A stretch of DNA of 62,999 nt from Pelobacter sp. UBA5610 (lineage in GTDB: Bacteria > Desulfobacterota > Desulfuromonadia > Desulfuromonadales > Syntrophotaleaceae): positions 27,495-90,493 of the forward strand of contig DIKU01000064.1 in assembly GCA_002424645.1 (NCBI GenBank), read 5' to 3'. The notes below the pieces were generated by a model that worked only from the letters and a program-made list of their open reading frames with translations, was not told the origin of the DNA and searched no databases. A program made the position numbers and the translations under genes. Positions 9,187 to 20,444 of this stretch are shown piece by piece. Position 1 is the first letter of the stretch; the number at the start of each line of letters is the position of its first letter.

Positions 9187-9999
9187 CTACCCCAACCCGA
9201 CATCAAGACTCATCATGACGACAAAACCAAGCATGGCGCATAAGGTAGCGAAATCACCGTGTTCGCCTTGTTGGGTCTCCGGCACCACCTCCTCGATGAC
9301 CACAAAAATCATGGCTCCGGCAGCAAACGCCAATGCATAAGGCAATATAGGACGAGCGACCAGTACGGCAGCAGCTCCAACCACACCGGCGATGACTTCG
9401 ACAAAACCGGAAAGCTGCCCATACCAGAAGCTTTTCAAGGGTGACAAGCCATCTCTTCTCAAGGGCATCGATACGGCTACGCCCTCGGGGAAATTCTGCA
9501 ACCCGATACCCAAAGCCAGGGCTAGCGCGGCGGTCATGCTGGAGGAATCCAATCCGGCACCGACGGCGCCGAAAGCTACCCCTACGGCAAGACCTTCGGG
9601 AATATTATGCAATGTTACCGCCAAGACGAAAAGAGTACTGCGGGGCCAGCTGGTTTCGATCCCTTCAGCCTTGCTGCGAGGCAAACCGCGATGCAAATGC
9701 GGCAACAGCATATCCAGACCTCGCAGAAAAAATCCACCGAGCAAAAACCCTATAGCCGGCGGCACCCAGGCGGGCAAGCCCTGCCCCTCGGACATTTCGA
9801 TGGCGGGCGCGAGCAAGGACCAATAACTGGCGGCAATCATGACCCCGGCGGCAAATCCGAGCATGCCATCGAGGGTCTTGCGGCTAGGCTGACGTGCCAG
9901 AAAAACGGCGCCAGCTCCGAGCGAAGTCACCCCCCAGGTAAAACAAGTGGCCAACAAAGCTTGTACAATGGGGTGCATGTTCCCCAAAACGTCCAGCAT
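9187..9999 (-). CDS. ZIP-family (GufA/ZupT-like) metal transporter
   Basis: GFAAGVM, HNIPEG, QNFPEG, AFAAGAM..VV.EE..PE; start reassigned to ATG 9999 behind SD GGGAGG. Confidence 0.92.
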   Translation of the reverse strand: MLDVLGNMHPIVQALLATCFTWGVTSLGAGAVFLARQPSRKTLDGMLGFAAGVMIAASYWSLLAPAIEMSEGQGLPAWVPPAIGFLLGGFFLRGLDMLLPHLHRGLPRSKAEGIETSWPRSTLFVLAVTLHNIPEGLAVGVAFGAVGAGLDSSSMTAALALALGIGLQNFPEGVAVSMPLRRDGLSPLKSFWYGQLSGFVEVIAGVVGAAAVLVARPILPYALAFAAGAMIFVVIEEVVPETQQGEHGDFATLCAMLGFVVMMSLDVGLG

Positions 10000-10193
10000 A
10001 TCTACCTCCCTCTCGCAACAGCAGCGCAGCTTGACTTTACCTTCTCCCGCTTCTATAGTTGGGTTCCATCCGGCCATGGTCCTTTACAGAAAATAGCGAT
10101 CGTTTTTCCATGCTTTACTGGATATGGGATCGCTCCCTTACTAGACAAACATCACCCTACCCGGAGTTTCCGGATAGTCACCAACTGGGCTCT

Positions 10194-10904
10194 ATGAAAG
10201 ATCTTTTTATAGCCGACACGCACCTTCTTGATCCTGACGACAACCGTTACCGCCAATTGTTGGAACTGCTAGAGCAGCAGTGCGGGCAATTGCGCAGCCT
10301 GATCATGCTTGGCGATATTTTCGAGTTTTGGCTCGGGTACCGCCACACCGTGTTTGCAGCCTACCTCCCTTTACTCAATACCCTGCGCCGCTTGCAGGCG
10401 GCAGGAACCGAACTGATTTTTGTCGAAGGCAATCACGATTTTCATCTTGGGCCCTATTTCAGCGAAACGCTGAACTGCCGTATTTTACCCGACGGCGGCG
10501 CGCTGGAACGCGATGGCCGAAAAATATTTATTGCCCACGGCGACCTTGTCAATCCTCGGGATACGGGTTACCGATTGCTGCGGCGCTTTTTACGCCATCC
10601 CTGGACGCGTCGTCTGATGCTCCTGGTGCCGCCGGACATAGCCTGGCGTGTGGCGCGCTGGGCCGGCGCTAAAAGCTCTCTTAAAAACGGCGGCCGCGAC
10701 CGCCACCGACTGCCCCGCGAAGACCTGTTCAACTATGCACGGCGTTACTTTTCCGAAGGTTACGACACGGTAATCACCGGACACTTCCACGTGCCTTTAG
10801 AACACAGCGAAAACGGCAATACCCTGATCGCGCTTGGGGGATGGAACACCGGACCTTCTTACGCCATTTTGGAGGACAATGTATTCACCCTTTATCCTTC
10901 CTGA
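10194..10904 (+). CDS. lpxH: UDP-2,3-diacylglucosamine diphosphatase
   Basis: Metallophosphoesterase motifs DTH, GDIFEFW, GNHD, HGD, GHFH; start reassigned to ATG 10194 (MKDLFIAD). Confidence 0.85.
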   Translation: MKDLFIADTHLLDPDDNRYRQLLELLEQQCGQLRSLIMLGDIFEFWLGYRHTVFAAYLPLLNTLRRLQAAGTELIFVEGNHDFHLGPYFSETLNCRILPDGGALERDGRKIFIAHGDLVNPRDTGYRLLRRFLRHPWTRRLMLLVPPDIAWRVARWAGAKSSLKNGGRDRHRLPREDLFNYARRYFSEGYDTVITGHFHVPLEHSENGNTLIALGGWNTGPSYAILEDNVFTLYPS

Positions 10905-12259
10905 GTAACGGATTGACTACCTCTGACCCTCAATTTTTTAAAGACCATGTCCCGTAGTGTCATCCCGGCCAAAGCTTCGCGCCTCGCACTGTCAACAATA
11001 TCCTCCACCTCAACAACAATATCCCTTCCAGGCATACGAAAATTGCGGGGCTGGGTTGAACCATCCTCCCGAAGGGCCTGCAAAACGGCGTTTACTTCAA
11101 TCCCTTCCGGAGCCCTGCCAGGGTGATATACATATCCGTCCTGATCGGGTTCCTGAACCTTCGCCAACAATCCAAGCCTGACCAGATCGTTCAAAACTGA
11201 ACGCACCAGCCGCGGAGGCAACCGCAGTTCCGTGCATAGTCGGGCGTGATTCCAGGCGGGGCTGTTGGCGTAAAAGGATTCCGCACAGAGCAGCAACACG
11301 GTCATGGCAACCCGCTCACGGCTGGCGAAATTAACCGTTTCCTCACCATATTCCTCGCGAATAATGGTGGCATTTTGCATGGCATAAGTCAGCTCAAGCC
11401 CAAGCAAAACAATCATCCATGAGACGTATAACCACACGATGAGGATAGGCAGCGCAGCCATGGTGCCGTAGATAGCATTGTAGCGGGATACACCGATCTG
11501 AAAATTAACATAGGTCCACTGTGCCAGTTGCCACAAAGTACCGCCAAAAATACCGCCAACCAGAGCCGGTGCCAATTTCACCCGCGTATTGGGCATGAAC
11601 AGATACATGAAAGTAAAGGCCGCCCATACGGCCAGATACGGGAGAATGTTGAACAGCAACAACACGGCCTCGCCGACAAATGCCGTCTCCAGTAATTTTT
11701 GTACCAACGACTGGCTACGCAGAGAGGTGGTCAGCGAAAGTGCCGCGACCATAAGCAAGGGACTGAGCAGTACGACGGAAAAATAATCGGAAAAACGCCG
11801 GATCATGGTCCGGGTTTCCCTGACCCCCCATATATGGTTAAAACTCTTTTCGATATTAGACAGCAGCATAAGAACCGTAATGATCAGAATGGCAAGACCT
11901 ACGGTACCGAGTCGGCGAAAATTGGTGTTTTCAATATACGAAAGGATGGCCCCGATCACCTCCTCGGAGCCATGGGTGAAAACCTTGAAAAGAAGGGGTT
12001 CAAGCACATTCTGACCGCCGAACCCTTTGATGAGGGAAAACATGAGGGCCAACAAAGGAACAATGGACAATAATGTGGCGTAGGTCAGGGCTGAAGCCCG
12101 CAACATGCAACCGTCGGAGAAAAAACCGCGAACGACAATGGCTGCAATTTGCAATTGACGCATCAAAAAAAACCGCCGCCGAGTCAGTTTATGGGCATCC
12201 AGATGCCATAAGTCATGCCGCAAAAAAATGCGAAGTTTGTCCCATAACCTGTTTGCCAC
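10892..12259 (-). CDS. YihY/BrkB-family membrane protein with a C-terminal Rrf2-like wHTH
   Basis: ASALTY.TLLSIVP, IE.SFN.IW, Y..IYG..A.LP..L.W.Y.SW; ~150-aa soluble tail with an HTH pattern; 13-nt convergent overlap with lpxH. Confidence 0.88.
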   Translation of the reverse strand: MANRLWDKLRIFLRHDLWHLDAHKLTRRRFFLMRQLQIAAIVVRGFFSDGCMLRASALTYATLLSIVPLLALMFSLIKGFGGQNVLEPLLFKVFTHGSEEVIGAILSYIENTNFRRLGTVGLAILIITVLMLLSNIEKSFNHIWGVRETRTMIRRFSDYFSVVLLSPLLMVAALSLTTSLRSQSLVQKLLETAFVGEAVLLLFNILPYLAVWAAFTFMYLFMPNTRVKLAPALVGGIFGGTLWQLAQWTYVNFQIGVSRYNAIYGTMAALPILIVWLYVSWMIVLLGLELTYAMQNATIIREEYGEETVNFASRERVAMTVLLLCAESFYANSPAWNHARLCTELRLPPRLVRSVLNDLVRLGLLAKVQEPDQDGYVYHPGRAPEGIEVNAVLQALREDGSTQPRNFRMPGRDIVVEVEDIVDSARREALAGMTLRDMVFKKLRVRGSQSVTQEG

Positions 12260-12347
12260 TCCGGCCTCCTCCCCTGCATGAACAAACCACGCAGATTTCC
12301 CGCTGCATTACAGTATATGCGCCTGGATTTTGTAGCATCCCGGCAAA

Positions 12348-12902
12348 TCACTCCGTGACATGAAGAATAATGTCGGACACGAATTGCCGCCCATCCTGGT
12401 CTTCTGCACCACTTTCCCGCAAATAAAGGCCATTGATCGTTGCCAGTGCGGTGTTCAACCGATCGAGGTCGATAATCATATCCCCCGAAAGGGCCGTCAG
12501 TTCCCGACAATTTTCAGGACAGAAATCTACCTCGGCATCCCCGTCGTTACGCGACAATATAGGTAATCCGTGGGTACGGCAGATCATGGGGCGTGCCTGG
12601 TAAATAAGACAGACATGATCTTCCAGCAGCGGACAAGGCCCATCGTGGACAGCATTTTTCGCCCGCTGACGTAGCGTAAGCCGCTTCGATGCGGGAAGAC
12701 TCTTGATGGCCTCCGCCACCGCGGCGGCCTCAACAGCAAAAAGACTAAGATGCAGGCAACAGGCATCACAGCCCTTGCGACAGGCAAGATGTCCCTTCAA
12801 GCGTTCGCCGATGGTATCGCAGAGGAGATCTACACGCTTAACCAGTTCCTGATAATTGCGCATGCTGTTGGTTTTGTCATTTGTCATTTGCTTACTCTTC
12901 AT
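12348..12902 (-). CDS. YkgJ-family (CxxxCxxCC) cysteine-cluster protein; start uncertain (12902, 12887 or 12863)
   Basis: CRKGCDACC, CPLL...CLIY.ARP.ICRTHGLP, FCPEN. Confidence 0.85.
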   Translation of the reverse strand: MKSKQMTNDKTNSMRNYQELVKRVDLLCDTIGERLKGHLACRKGCDACCLHLSLFAVEAAAVAEAIKSLPASKRLTLRQRAKNAVHDGPCPLLEDHVCLIYQARPMICRTHGLPILSRNDGDAEVDFCPENCRELTALSGDMIIDLDRLNTALATINGLYLRESGAEDQDGRQFVSDIILHVTE

Positions 12903-12969
12903 TTGTCCTTTACAACTTGCGGCGTGCAGCATAGCTTCTTTGCCGATAGTGGTCAACTCGCACAGAATA

Positions 12970-13596
12970 TCACCCCATCGCACCACGAATCCCGTCAATG
13001 GCGTACTGCACCGCTAAAAATGCGAGAATCAACCCCAGGACCCGGGTGACCACGGCCATTCCAAGGCGTCCCAAAGCGTGTTCCAGCAATTCTGCCTGCC
13101 AAAGAAACAGGAGGGTGACGGAAAAAACGACAAGTGTTCCCAACAGCAGAACCAGGTAATCGTAAGGCCCGGAGGCCCTGCCGGCAAACAGCAACGCGGT
13201 GGCGATAGCACCCGGGCCAGCCAGCAAAGGCACGGCCAAGGGGGTAATGGAAACATCTTTTTTAGATTCGGCAAGCCGTTCTTCACGAGGGCTAATTTCA
13301 GTACCCGTGATGCGTCCGTAAAGCATTTCCATGGCGATAACAAACAACAGCACACCACCACAAATCTGCACCGCCTCGGTTTGAATACCGAAGTATCCCA
13401 ATAGCCACGGACCGACCAGGATAAAAAAGCAAATGACCAGACATGCCACCAGGCAGCCGCGCAACGCCATGGACCGGCGTTCGGCTCGGCTATTGCCTGG
13501 CGTGATAGCCAGCAATACTGGTGCCCCGGCCACCGGATCCACCAATATGATCATCTGAAAGATAAATGTTGCCAACATTTCGAGGCTGCCATGCAT
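12970..13596 (-). CDS. MarC-family membrane protein
   Basis: DP, GG.LLF.IA..ML, PLAVPLLAGPGAI, R..GLIL..LAVQ; about 6 TM. Confidence 0.9.
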   Translation of the reverse strand: MHGSLEMLATFIFQMIILVDPVAGAPVLLAITPGNSRAERRSMALRGCLVACLVICFFILVGPWLLGYFGIQTEAVQICGGVLLFVIAMEMLYGRITGTEISPREERLAESKKDVSITPLAVPLLAGPGAIATALLFAGRASGPYDYLVLLLGTLVVFSVTLLFLWQAELLEHALGRLGMAVVTRVLGLILAFLAVQYAIDGIRGAMG

Positions 13597-13715
13597 GAGC
13601 ACCCCTTTCGTAGAAACATAAGAACATTATCCCGACCAAAGATGCCATCCGGCCACGTCTATGATTTGCAGGTACTCAGCTTCCGGATGAAATTTTCAGG
13701 GGACGAAGCTGTCGA

Positions 13716-15146
13716 TCACTTAACCATACCACCCTTAAATGACTCCAACTCTTCAAAAGGCAGTCCGAGTTGCCTAGCCAGTTCAGCAGGATGTTCAGGA
13801 TCACCGACCAACACCACGTTCTGCACCTGCGGTCGCAGATGACGGCGAGCGGCAGCCAACACATCTTCTGCGGTAACGGCCGCCAGCCTTTCACGATAAC
13901 GGACCAGATAGTCATCAGGGTATCCGTAAAAAGCAAGACGCATCGTCTGGCTGACAATCTCATGGGAATCATCAAAAGCAAAGACAAAGGAATTGATGAG
14001 GCTATCCTTGGCCAGGGTTAGCTCTTCCTCGGTGACCGGTTCCCGAATCAGATTTTCCATTTCCTTACGCATCAGACCGACAACCTCGGCCACCGTAGCA
14101 TTTTTGGTTTCGGCCCCGGCGACAAACAGTCCCGGCAGTCGTCGACCAACCTGAAAATACGAATAGACCGAGTAAGCCAGTCCCCGTCTGGTGCGTATTT
14201 CCTGCATCAAGCGGGAATTGAAACTCCCGCTCCCCAGGATAAAATCAAGCACCCGCAACGCATAAAGATCGGGATCGCTCTTCTCAATTCCCCTTTGCCC
14301 CATCAGCACAGTTGTCTGGGGGATATTTTTGCGGACCAGTGACAGCGAAGGAAGTTGTTCACGAGGCAAAGATTCAAGCTCGGGGGATGGTTGGTACACC
14401 ACATTCCAGCCTTCAAAAAGATGAACCAGCAGGTTTTCCAGAGTTTTGCGGTCAATATCTCCGGAAACCGCCAACCAGAGGTTATCCGGCCTGATGAAAC
14501 GGCGATGAAAGGCTTCAATGTCTTCCTGTTCAATAGCTTCAACGGACTTCAACGTGGGCAACGCCCCCAAAGCGTGCCCCTGATAAAGCGTTGAAACCAG
14601 AGTCTTTTGCGCAACAACCGATGAACTGTCAGATTCTCGCCGAATCCCTTCGAGCATGCGCCGGCGCGCCAATTCGACGCGCTGTGGAGCAAAAAGCGGG
14701 CGTCGCATCATGTCCGTGAACAATCCCACACCCTCATCAAGATCGGCAGTTTGCAAAGACAGATTCAAGACCGTTGCATAACTTTCACTTTCTACACTCA
14801 GATCTGCGGCGATGCGTTCAAGAGTCGCCTCGACTTCATCGGCACTCCTGTCCCCGGCGCCGGCACCACGTACGGCGCTGCCATGCAGCTGAGCCAATCC
14901 GCTTTTGCCAGGCGGGTCGTTAAGACTGCCCGCATCAAACATAGCACTTATAGTTACCAGCGGGAGTTCATGGTCTTCGCGTAAGAACACCTGAACACCG
15001 TTGGCAAGTTGAAACCTCACGACCTTCGGCAGATCAAAGCTCAAGGGTGCGAAATGCAACGTGTCAGGATGTTCCATACGATGCGACGGAGTGCAACCGG
15101 CCAACAGAATCAGACCGACCAGAGTGATCATCCAACCTTTCATCAT
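13716..15146 (-). CDS. M16B peptidase, non-catalytic subunit (lipoprotein)
   Basis: Lipobox LLAGC; no HxxEH; SRL...IR..RGLAY motif; 4-nt overlap with its partner. Confidence 0.88.
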   Translation of the reverse strand: MMKGWMITLVGLILLAGCTPSHRMEHPDTLHFAPLSFDLPKVVRFQLANGVQVFLREDHELPLVTISAMFDAGSLNDPPGKSGLAQLHGSAVRGAGAGDRSADEVEATLERIAADLSVESESYATVLNLSLQTADLDEGVGLFTDMMRRPLFAPQRVELARRRMLEGIRRESDSSSVVAQKTLVSTLYQGHALGALPTLKSVEAIEQEDIEAFHRRFIRPDNLWLAVSGDIDRKTLENLLVHLFEGWNVVYQPSPELESLPREQLPSLSLVRKNIPQTTVLMGQRGIEKSDPDLYALRVLDFILGSGSFNSRLMQEIRTRRGLAYSVYSYFQVGRRLPGLFVAGAETKNATVAEVVGLMRKEMENLIREPVTEEELTLAKDSLINSFVFAFDDSHEIVSQTMRLAFYGYPDDYLVRYRERLAAVTAEDVLAAARRHLRPQVQNVVLVGDPEHPAELARQLGLPFEELESFKGGMVK

Positions 15147-16639
15147 GGCTGCTGTCCTTTCGCCTCGAGAATCGCCACGGTGCGATTCTCACTGGAGAAA
15201 TATTTACGCGCCACAGCCATGACATCTTCTGCCGTTACCGAAGCGACCTGACGATCATACTCGGATAAATAGCGCCAATCTCCTGCAACCGTTTGAAAAT
15301 AGGTCAACATACCTGCAAGGCCACTATTACTTTTCAAAGAACGCAACTGGTCAACCCGCAATCGGTTACGAACCCGCTCCAGGTCCGCAGCGCTGACCGG
15401 TTCCCGGGACAAGCGATCGAGTTCCTGATAAAGTGCCTGCTCAACCTCTTCCACGGTATGGGGATGGCGTGGCACCAGCTCGCATATAAACAAGTTGGGG
15501 TAACGCGAACCGGGTGCACCGTAAGTCGACACCTCGGCGGCCAGCTGTTTTTCGACCACCAGTGTCTGGTAGAGGCGCGAGGTGCGCCCCTGGCCAAGCA
15601 ATTGATCGACAACATCAAACACATAGTCATCGCGACTGGGAATAGTTGGTTTGTGAAAAGCCACCAGCAGCTTCGGCTGCGCGTCAAATAAAACTTTGAC
15701 ACGCCGTTCTCCTTTTTGGGGAGGTTCCCTGGTTGCCACACCGGGCACGGGAGTTCCGGAGGAAAGATGTCCGAAATACCGTTCAACCACGGCCACGGCT
15801 TCGTCGAACTCAACCGCCCCCACCAGAGCAATGACCGTATTGACCGGGGCGTAATATCTGTGCATGAAGTCACGGGCCTGACGGGGGCTAAGGTTACTGA
15901 TATCGGAAGGCCAACCGATGATGGGGTGGCGATAAGGGTGTACGGTAAAGGCGGTAGCCAGCAATTGTTCATAAAGCAACCCGTCGGGATTACTGTCGTA
16001 AGAGCGGCGGCGCTCTTCCAAAACCACATCCCGTTCGGTATAAAATTCACGAAGTACGGCATGAGCCATGCGGTCGGATTCCACAGTAGCCCACAATTCA
16101 AGTTTGTTCGATGGTAAGGAAACGATATAACTGGTCAGGTCTTTGCTGGTGAACGCATTGTAACCAACCCCACCATGACGGGCGTAAATGTTTGACGCTT
16201 CGTCCGAAACAACAAAACCTCTGTGCTTTTGCTGCAAATCCCGCAAACGATCTTCCAGGACGGCCAACTCTTTCGGGTCGACGTTGGGGCGACGTCGCAG
16301 ATTGTCCAGAGCGTCCCCGGTCTCTTCGATCGCTGCAAGCAACGGTTTTTCCGCCGCATAATTGCGAGTACCAAGGATTTCGGTGCCCTTGAACCGCAAG
16401 TGCTCAAGAAAATGGGCCAACCCGCGATCACCATTGGTTTCATCGACGGAACCCACACCAACGGTGAGATAGGCGCTAAAGGTTGGCGCATTATGTCGTT
16501 CCACCACCAGCAATCGCAAGCCATTGGGAAAGACATGCTCCTGCACTTTTTCGGCTAAGGGTTGCGCATGGCAGATCGAAGCCCACAGACTAAACAAAAA
16601 AAAGGCGGCCAACCGCCGCCATCCTTTGGAGGATATCAC
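15143..16639 (-). CDS. M16B zinc peptidase, catalytic subunit
   Basis: GLAHFLEHLRFKGT (HxxEH), NAFTS, ERDVVLEE; signal peptide. Confidence 0.92.
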   Translation of the reverse strand: MISSKGWRRLAAFFLFSLWASICHAQPLAEKVQEHVFPNGLRLLVVERHNAPTFSAYLTVGVGSVDETNGDRGLAHFLEHLRFKGTEILGTRNYAAEKPLLAAIEETGDALDNLRRRPNVDPKELAVLEDRLRDLQQKHRGFVVSDEASNIYARHGGVGYNAFTSKDLTSYIVSLPSNKLELWATVESDRMAHAVLREFYTERDVVLEERRRSYDSNPDGLLYEQLLATAFTVHPYRHPIIGWPSDISNLSPRQARDFMHRYYAPVNTVIALVGAVEFDEAVAVVERYFGHLSSGTPVPGVATREPPQKGERRVKVLFDAQPKLLVAFHKPTIPSRDDYVFDVVDQLLGQGRTSRLYQTLVVEKQLAAEVSTYGAPGSRYPNLFICELVPRHPHTVEEVEQALYQELDRLSREPVSAADLERVRNRLRVDQLRSLKSNSGLAGMLTYFQTVAGDWRYLSEYDRQVASVTAEDVMAVARKYFSSENRTVAILEAKGQQP

Positions 16640-16757
16640 GATAATCGTCCCTTCATGTTCAAATCTCTATAGGTGTCCACCGGATTTTCCGGATGGACAC
16701 GCGTTAAGACGGTTGTGATATCGAGTATATACCCAAGCCCCGGGGAGAAGGCAAGAC

Positions 16758-19148
16758 TCATGATCCCGAACGTGGATCGACAATCAGGTGCTGGCGATCA
16801 TCAAACAATCGATTTGTATGTTCAGGGACCGGAATCAGGGTGTGAGCAATCACTTCGGATAAGCTGTCAACCATAAATACGTTCATTTCAGTGCGAATAT
16901 GCTCGTCAAGCTCCTGCAGATTTTCGCGGTTGCGCTCAGGCAGCAATACCGTAGTCACACCGGCCCGCCGTGCGGCCAGAACCTTTTCTTTAACGCCGCC
17001 TATTGGCAATATTCTTCCAGTCAGGGTCAATTCGCCAGTCATAGCGACGTTGCGCCGAGCCGGTCGACCGGTCAGCAAGGAGATAAGAGCCGTAGCAATG
17101 GTCACGCCGGCCGAAGGTCCATCCTTTGGAATGGCGCCGGACGGAACATGGATATGAATATCGACGGTTTCAAAGATTCCGGCATCGATCCCAAATTCAG
17201 CATGATGAGCCCGCACATAGGAGAGCGCCGTTTTCGCCGATTCCTGCATGACACTGCCGAGACTGCCGGTCAAGGTCAGCTGCTTATTCCCGGCCATGAC
17301 CGAAACCTCGATAAAAATGATATCCCCGCCCGATTCCGTCCATGCCAAACCGGTCACGACCCCGACGCGGTCTTCCTCGGATGCAACATCGGAAAAATAC
17401 TTGCGCGGACCGAGCATTTTTTCAACCTCTTCGGAATTAATGATGGCCGGGGCGACCCTCCCCTTCGCGACTTCTTTGGCAACCTTGCGGCAAATCGATG
17501 CAATTTGCCGATCGATACCGCGTACTCCAGCCTCCCGCGTATAATCCTTGATTATTTTAAGAACCGCATTTTCTTCAAAAGGCACAGGGTGGTTCTCAAG
17601 ACCATTTTCCGATATTTGTTTCGGTATCAAATATTTGAAAACGATCTGCAATTTTTCTTCATCACTGTAACCGGGCAGGCGCAATACCTCCATGCGATCA
17701 CGCAAGGGTGGCGGGATCGTATCCATGATGTTGGCTGTTGTAATAAACATAACGTGTGACAGATCAAACGGCACATCGAGATAGTGATCGGTAAAGCTGT
17801 CATTTTGCTCAGGATCGAGAACTTCCAACAACGCTGCGGCCGGATCACCGCGAAAATCCTGGCCAATTTTGTCTACTTCGTCGAGCATGAAAACCGGATT
17901 ATTGTTTCCGCAGCGGCAAATCTCCTGAATGATGCGTCCGGGCAGTGCACCGATATAAGTACGTCGATGCCCACGAATCTCCGCCTCGTCTTTCATGCCC
18001 CCAAGGGAAATACGAATGAATTTGCGCCCCAGAGACCGGGCGATGGAACGTCCCAGGGATGTTTTGCCTACTCCCGGCGGACCCACGAGACAAAGAATGG
18101 GGCCTTTCAGGGAGGCTTTGAGAGTGTGAACAGCCAAAAACTCAAGGATGCGCTCCTTCACTTCGACCAGGTCGTGATGATCCTCATCCAAGGTTTGCTG
18201 AGCGCGCTCGATATCGAGAATATCGGAGGTACCGCGCCGCCACGGCATGTTACATAAATATTCAACATAAGTGCGGGCCACCGTGTATTCCGGTGACGAG
18301 GGATTGATACGCTCCAGTCGGGCCAATTCTTTTTCAGCCACAGAGCGTACACCCTCCGGCATATCGCCACTTTCGACAACCAAGCGAAATTGCCTGATTT
18401 CTTCCTGCTGGGGATCGTCTTCCCCCAGTTGGTGTTGAATTTGTTTGAGCTGTTCACGCAACAGGTGTTCTTTCTGGCTGCGTACATTGGAACGTGAACG
18501 ATCGGCATTGCCCTGCCCCTTGATCTGCATTTTTTGAATTTCGGACGTCAGAAAAAGATAAACTTCCTTGAGACGCTCCAGGGGATCAAGGGTTTCCAGC
18601 AGGCGCTGCTGATCCTTGACTTCCATATTCAGATAAACGGCCAACACGTCAGCAAGTTTGCCGGATTCATCTATGCGACCAATGGAATGATTGATATCGT
18701 CCGGCAACGGCTGCCCAAGCGAATGGGCGACCCGCAGCAAGGCAACGATACTCTGCATCATGGCCTGCGCAACGGCATTCCGGTTTTCACGGGCTGGAAT
18801 CAGACTCACTGAGGCCATGACAAAAGGGGTAACCTGCCTGGTATTTATCAGGCGAACGCGGTCAAGCCCTTCGAGCATTATTTTGCAGCCCCCTTCCGGA
18901 AAACGTAAAACCTGGGTGATACGGCAGATCGTCCCGACTCGTGCAAATTGTTCGCGCCCGGTAATCGGATCAACCGCCAGGACAGTAAGGATGGCTATAA
19001 GTCGATCACCTCGCAATGACTCTTCGACAAGCCCCATATGCTCTTTACCGATAAATAAAGGAAAAGCCATATGGGGAAAAATAACCTGTTCATGCAATGG
19101 ATACACAGGAACTTCCGGCGGAATAATATCCAGAGGCTGTCCGGTCAT
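16758..19148 (-). CDS. lon: ATP-dependent Lon protease (LonA)
   Basis: N-domain, Walker [18 protein letters not shown], Walker B MLDEVDK, catalytic PKDGPSAG and GGVKEK; start reassigned to ATG 19148 (SD AGGGAG). Confidence 0.96.
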   Translation of the reverse strand: MTGQPLDIIPPEVPVYPLHEQVIFPHMAFPLFIGKEHMGLVEESLRGDRLIAILTVLAVDPITGREQFARVGTICRITQVLRFPEGGCKIMLEGLDRVRLINTRQVTPFVMASVSLIPARENRNAVAQAMMQSIVALLRVAHSLGQPLPDDINHSIGRIDESGKLADVLAVYLNMEVKDQQRLLETLDPLERLKEVYLFLTSEIQKMQIKGQGNADRSRSNVRSQKEHLLREQLKQIQHQLGEDDPQQEEIRQFRLVVESGDMPEGVRSVAEKELARLERINPSSPEYTVARTYVEYLCNMPWRRGTSDILDIERAQQTLDEDHHDLVEVKERILEFLAVHTLKASLKGPILCLVGPPGVGKTSLGRSIARSLGRKFIRISLGGMKDEAEIRGHRRTYIGALPGRIIQEICRCGNNNPVFMLDEVDKIGQDFRGDPAAALLEVLDPEQNDSFTDHYLDVPFDLSHVMFITTANIMDTIPPPLRDRMEVLRLPGYSDEEKLQIVFKYLIPKQISENGLENHPVPFEENAVLKIIKDYTREAGVRGIDRQIASICRKVAKEVAKGRVAPAIINSEEVEKMLGPRKYFSDVASEEDRVGVVTGLAWTESGGDIIFIEVSVMAGNKQLTLTGSLGSVMQESAKTALSYVRAHHAEFGIDAGIFETVDIHIHVPSGAIPKDGPSAGVTIATALISLLTGRPARRNVAMTGELTLTGRILPIGGVKEKVLAARRAGVTTVLLPERNRENLQELDEHIRTEMNVFMVDSLSEVIAHTLIPVPEHTNRLFDDRQHLIVDPRSGS

Positions 19149-19305
19149 GGGTATCTCCCTTCGCCTCATGCTTATCCGGAAATCCAAACGGGATAAAGAG
19201 ACGGTGTTATCAGAAAAAGATTTTATGCGACATGAAGTGGCTAAGAGAGCCGCGCACATGCAGAAAAACGTCAAAATCCCAAAATGGGCCGCATGCTGCC
19301 ATTTA

Positions 19306-19333
19306 ATGATAACAATCGTTAATGGACTGTCAA
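19306..19333 (-). promoter_or_regulatory. Sigma70-type promoter upstream of lon
   Basis: Minus strand TTGACA-N16-TATCAT with an extended -10 TGn. Confidence 0.55.
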
Positions 19334-19409
19334 GAGAGAGAAATGCATATCATTTCGAGGACTTGGAGAGAGGAGGTAAAACGGTTACTACTGCAGAAAA
19401 GAGAGGTAA

Positions 19410-20378
19410 TCAGTAGCGTCGGTGAATGGCGGATTTCGCCAACTCGGCAAGTGCCTGCCGTGCCGGAGAGTCCGGAAAGGCAGCCAGTCTTTCGCTGGCC
19501 CGGCTTACGTAAAAACCTGCCTGCCGTTGGGTGTAGGCAATGCCGTCGTAGCGGATGATAAGGTTTTGGACAAAACCAAGATCATCGGCATGCAAATCAT
19601 CTTTGGCAAAAATAGCGGACAACTTCTGCCGCTCGTCCTCCGAACAGCAACGCAACGCATAGATAAGGGGCAGAGTCATTTTCCCTTCGGCCAGGTCGCG
19701 GCCGATCAACTTGCCGGATTCCTCCTGGTCGGCAACATAATCCAGGGCATCATCGACCAATTGAAATGCAACCCCAAGGTCCATGCCAAAAGCCGCCAGA
19801 TCTTCTTCACGGTCACTTGGCAACTGGCCGAGGATGGCACCACAACGACAGGTTGCGGAAAACAGAGCCGCGGTCTTGCTGCGAACAACAGACAAGTAAC
19901 GCTCTTCATCCAGAGACAAGTCACCACTGTTCATAAGTTGGACAACCTCTCCCTGCGCCATAAGCGAGGTGGTCCCGGCCAACGCTTTCATAATACGACG
20001 ATCACAAAAATCGACCATCATTTCAAAGCAGCGCGCAAACAGGTAGTCTCCCACCAGTACGGCGACTTCATTTCCCCAGGCGACATTTGCAGAAACCTGC
20101 CCCCTGCGTAATGGTGCCCCATCGACCACATCATCATGGAGCAAGGTGGCGGTATGGATGAATTCGATAACGCTGGCGAGAGTATACCGATACTCCCCAC
20201 CGTACCCACTCAGGCGGGCACACAAGAGCAACAGCACCGGCCGGATGCGCTTACCTCCACTCGCCAGGATATGGTCGCTCATCTGGCGGATCAACGGCAC
20301 ATCTGAAGTCAGGTATTGGCGAAAACAGTCTTCAATGTGGTCCAGATCTTCCCTGAGCAGTTTCTGAGCAAGCTGCAT
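19410..20378 (-). CDS. ispB: Polyprenyl (octaprenyl-type) diphosphate synthase
   Basis: GGKRIRP, HTATLLHDDVVD..LRRG, AVLVGD, KTAALF, AFQLVDDALD, GKMTLP. Confidence 0.9.
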   Translation of the reverse strand: MQLAQKLLREDLDHIEDCFRQYLTSDVPLIRQMSDHILASGGKRIRPVLLLLCARLSGYGGEYRYTLASVIEFIHTATLLHDDVVDGAPLRRGQVSANVAWGNEVAVLVGDYLFARCFEMMVDFCDRRIMKALAGTTSLMAQGEVVQLMNSGDLSLDEERYLSVVRSKTAALFSATCRCGAILGQLPSDREEDLAAFGMDLGVAFQLVDDALDYVADQEESGKLIGRDLAEGKMTLPLIYALRCCSEDERQKLSAIFAKDDLHADDLGFVQNLIIRYDGIAYTQRQAGFYVSRASERLAAFPDSPARQALAELAKSAIHRRY

Positions 20379-20414
20379 GCAATTCCCGTATCCCAAGAAG
20401 GTAAAATGAGGCTT

Positions 20415-20444
20415 ATCCTAAAAAATTCGTATGATTCTTGTCAA
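20415..20444 (-). promoter_or_regulatory. Sigma70-type promoter upstream of ispB
   Basis: Minus strand TTGACA-N18-TAGGAT. Confidence 0.45.

Noticed and set aside
10089-10107. Fur/Zur-like sequence upstream of the ZIP gene
   Set aside because: About 11/19 match with weak dyad symmetry
19302-19320. Fur-like sequence upstream of lon
   Set aside because: About 12/19 match, and better explained as the -10 region of a sigma70 promoter
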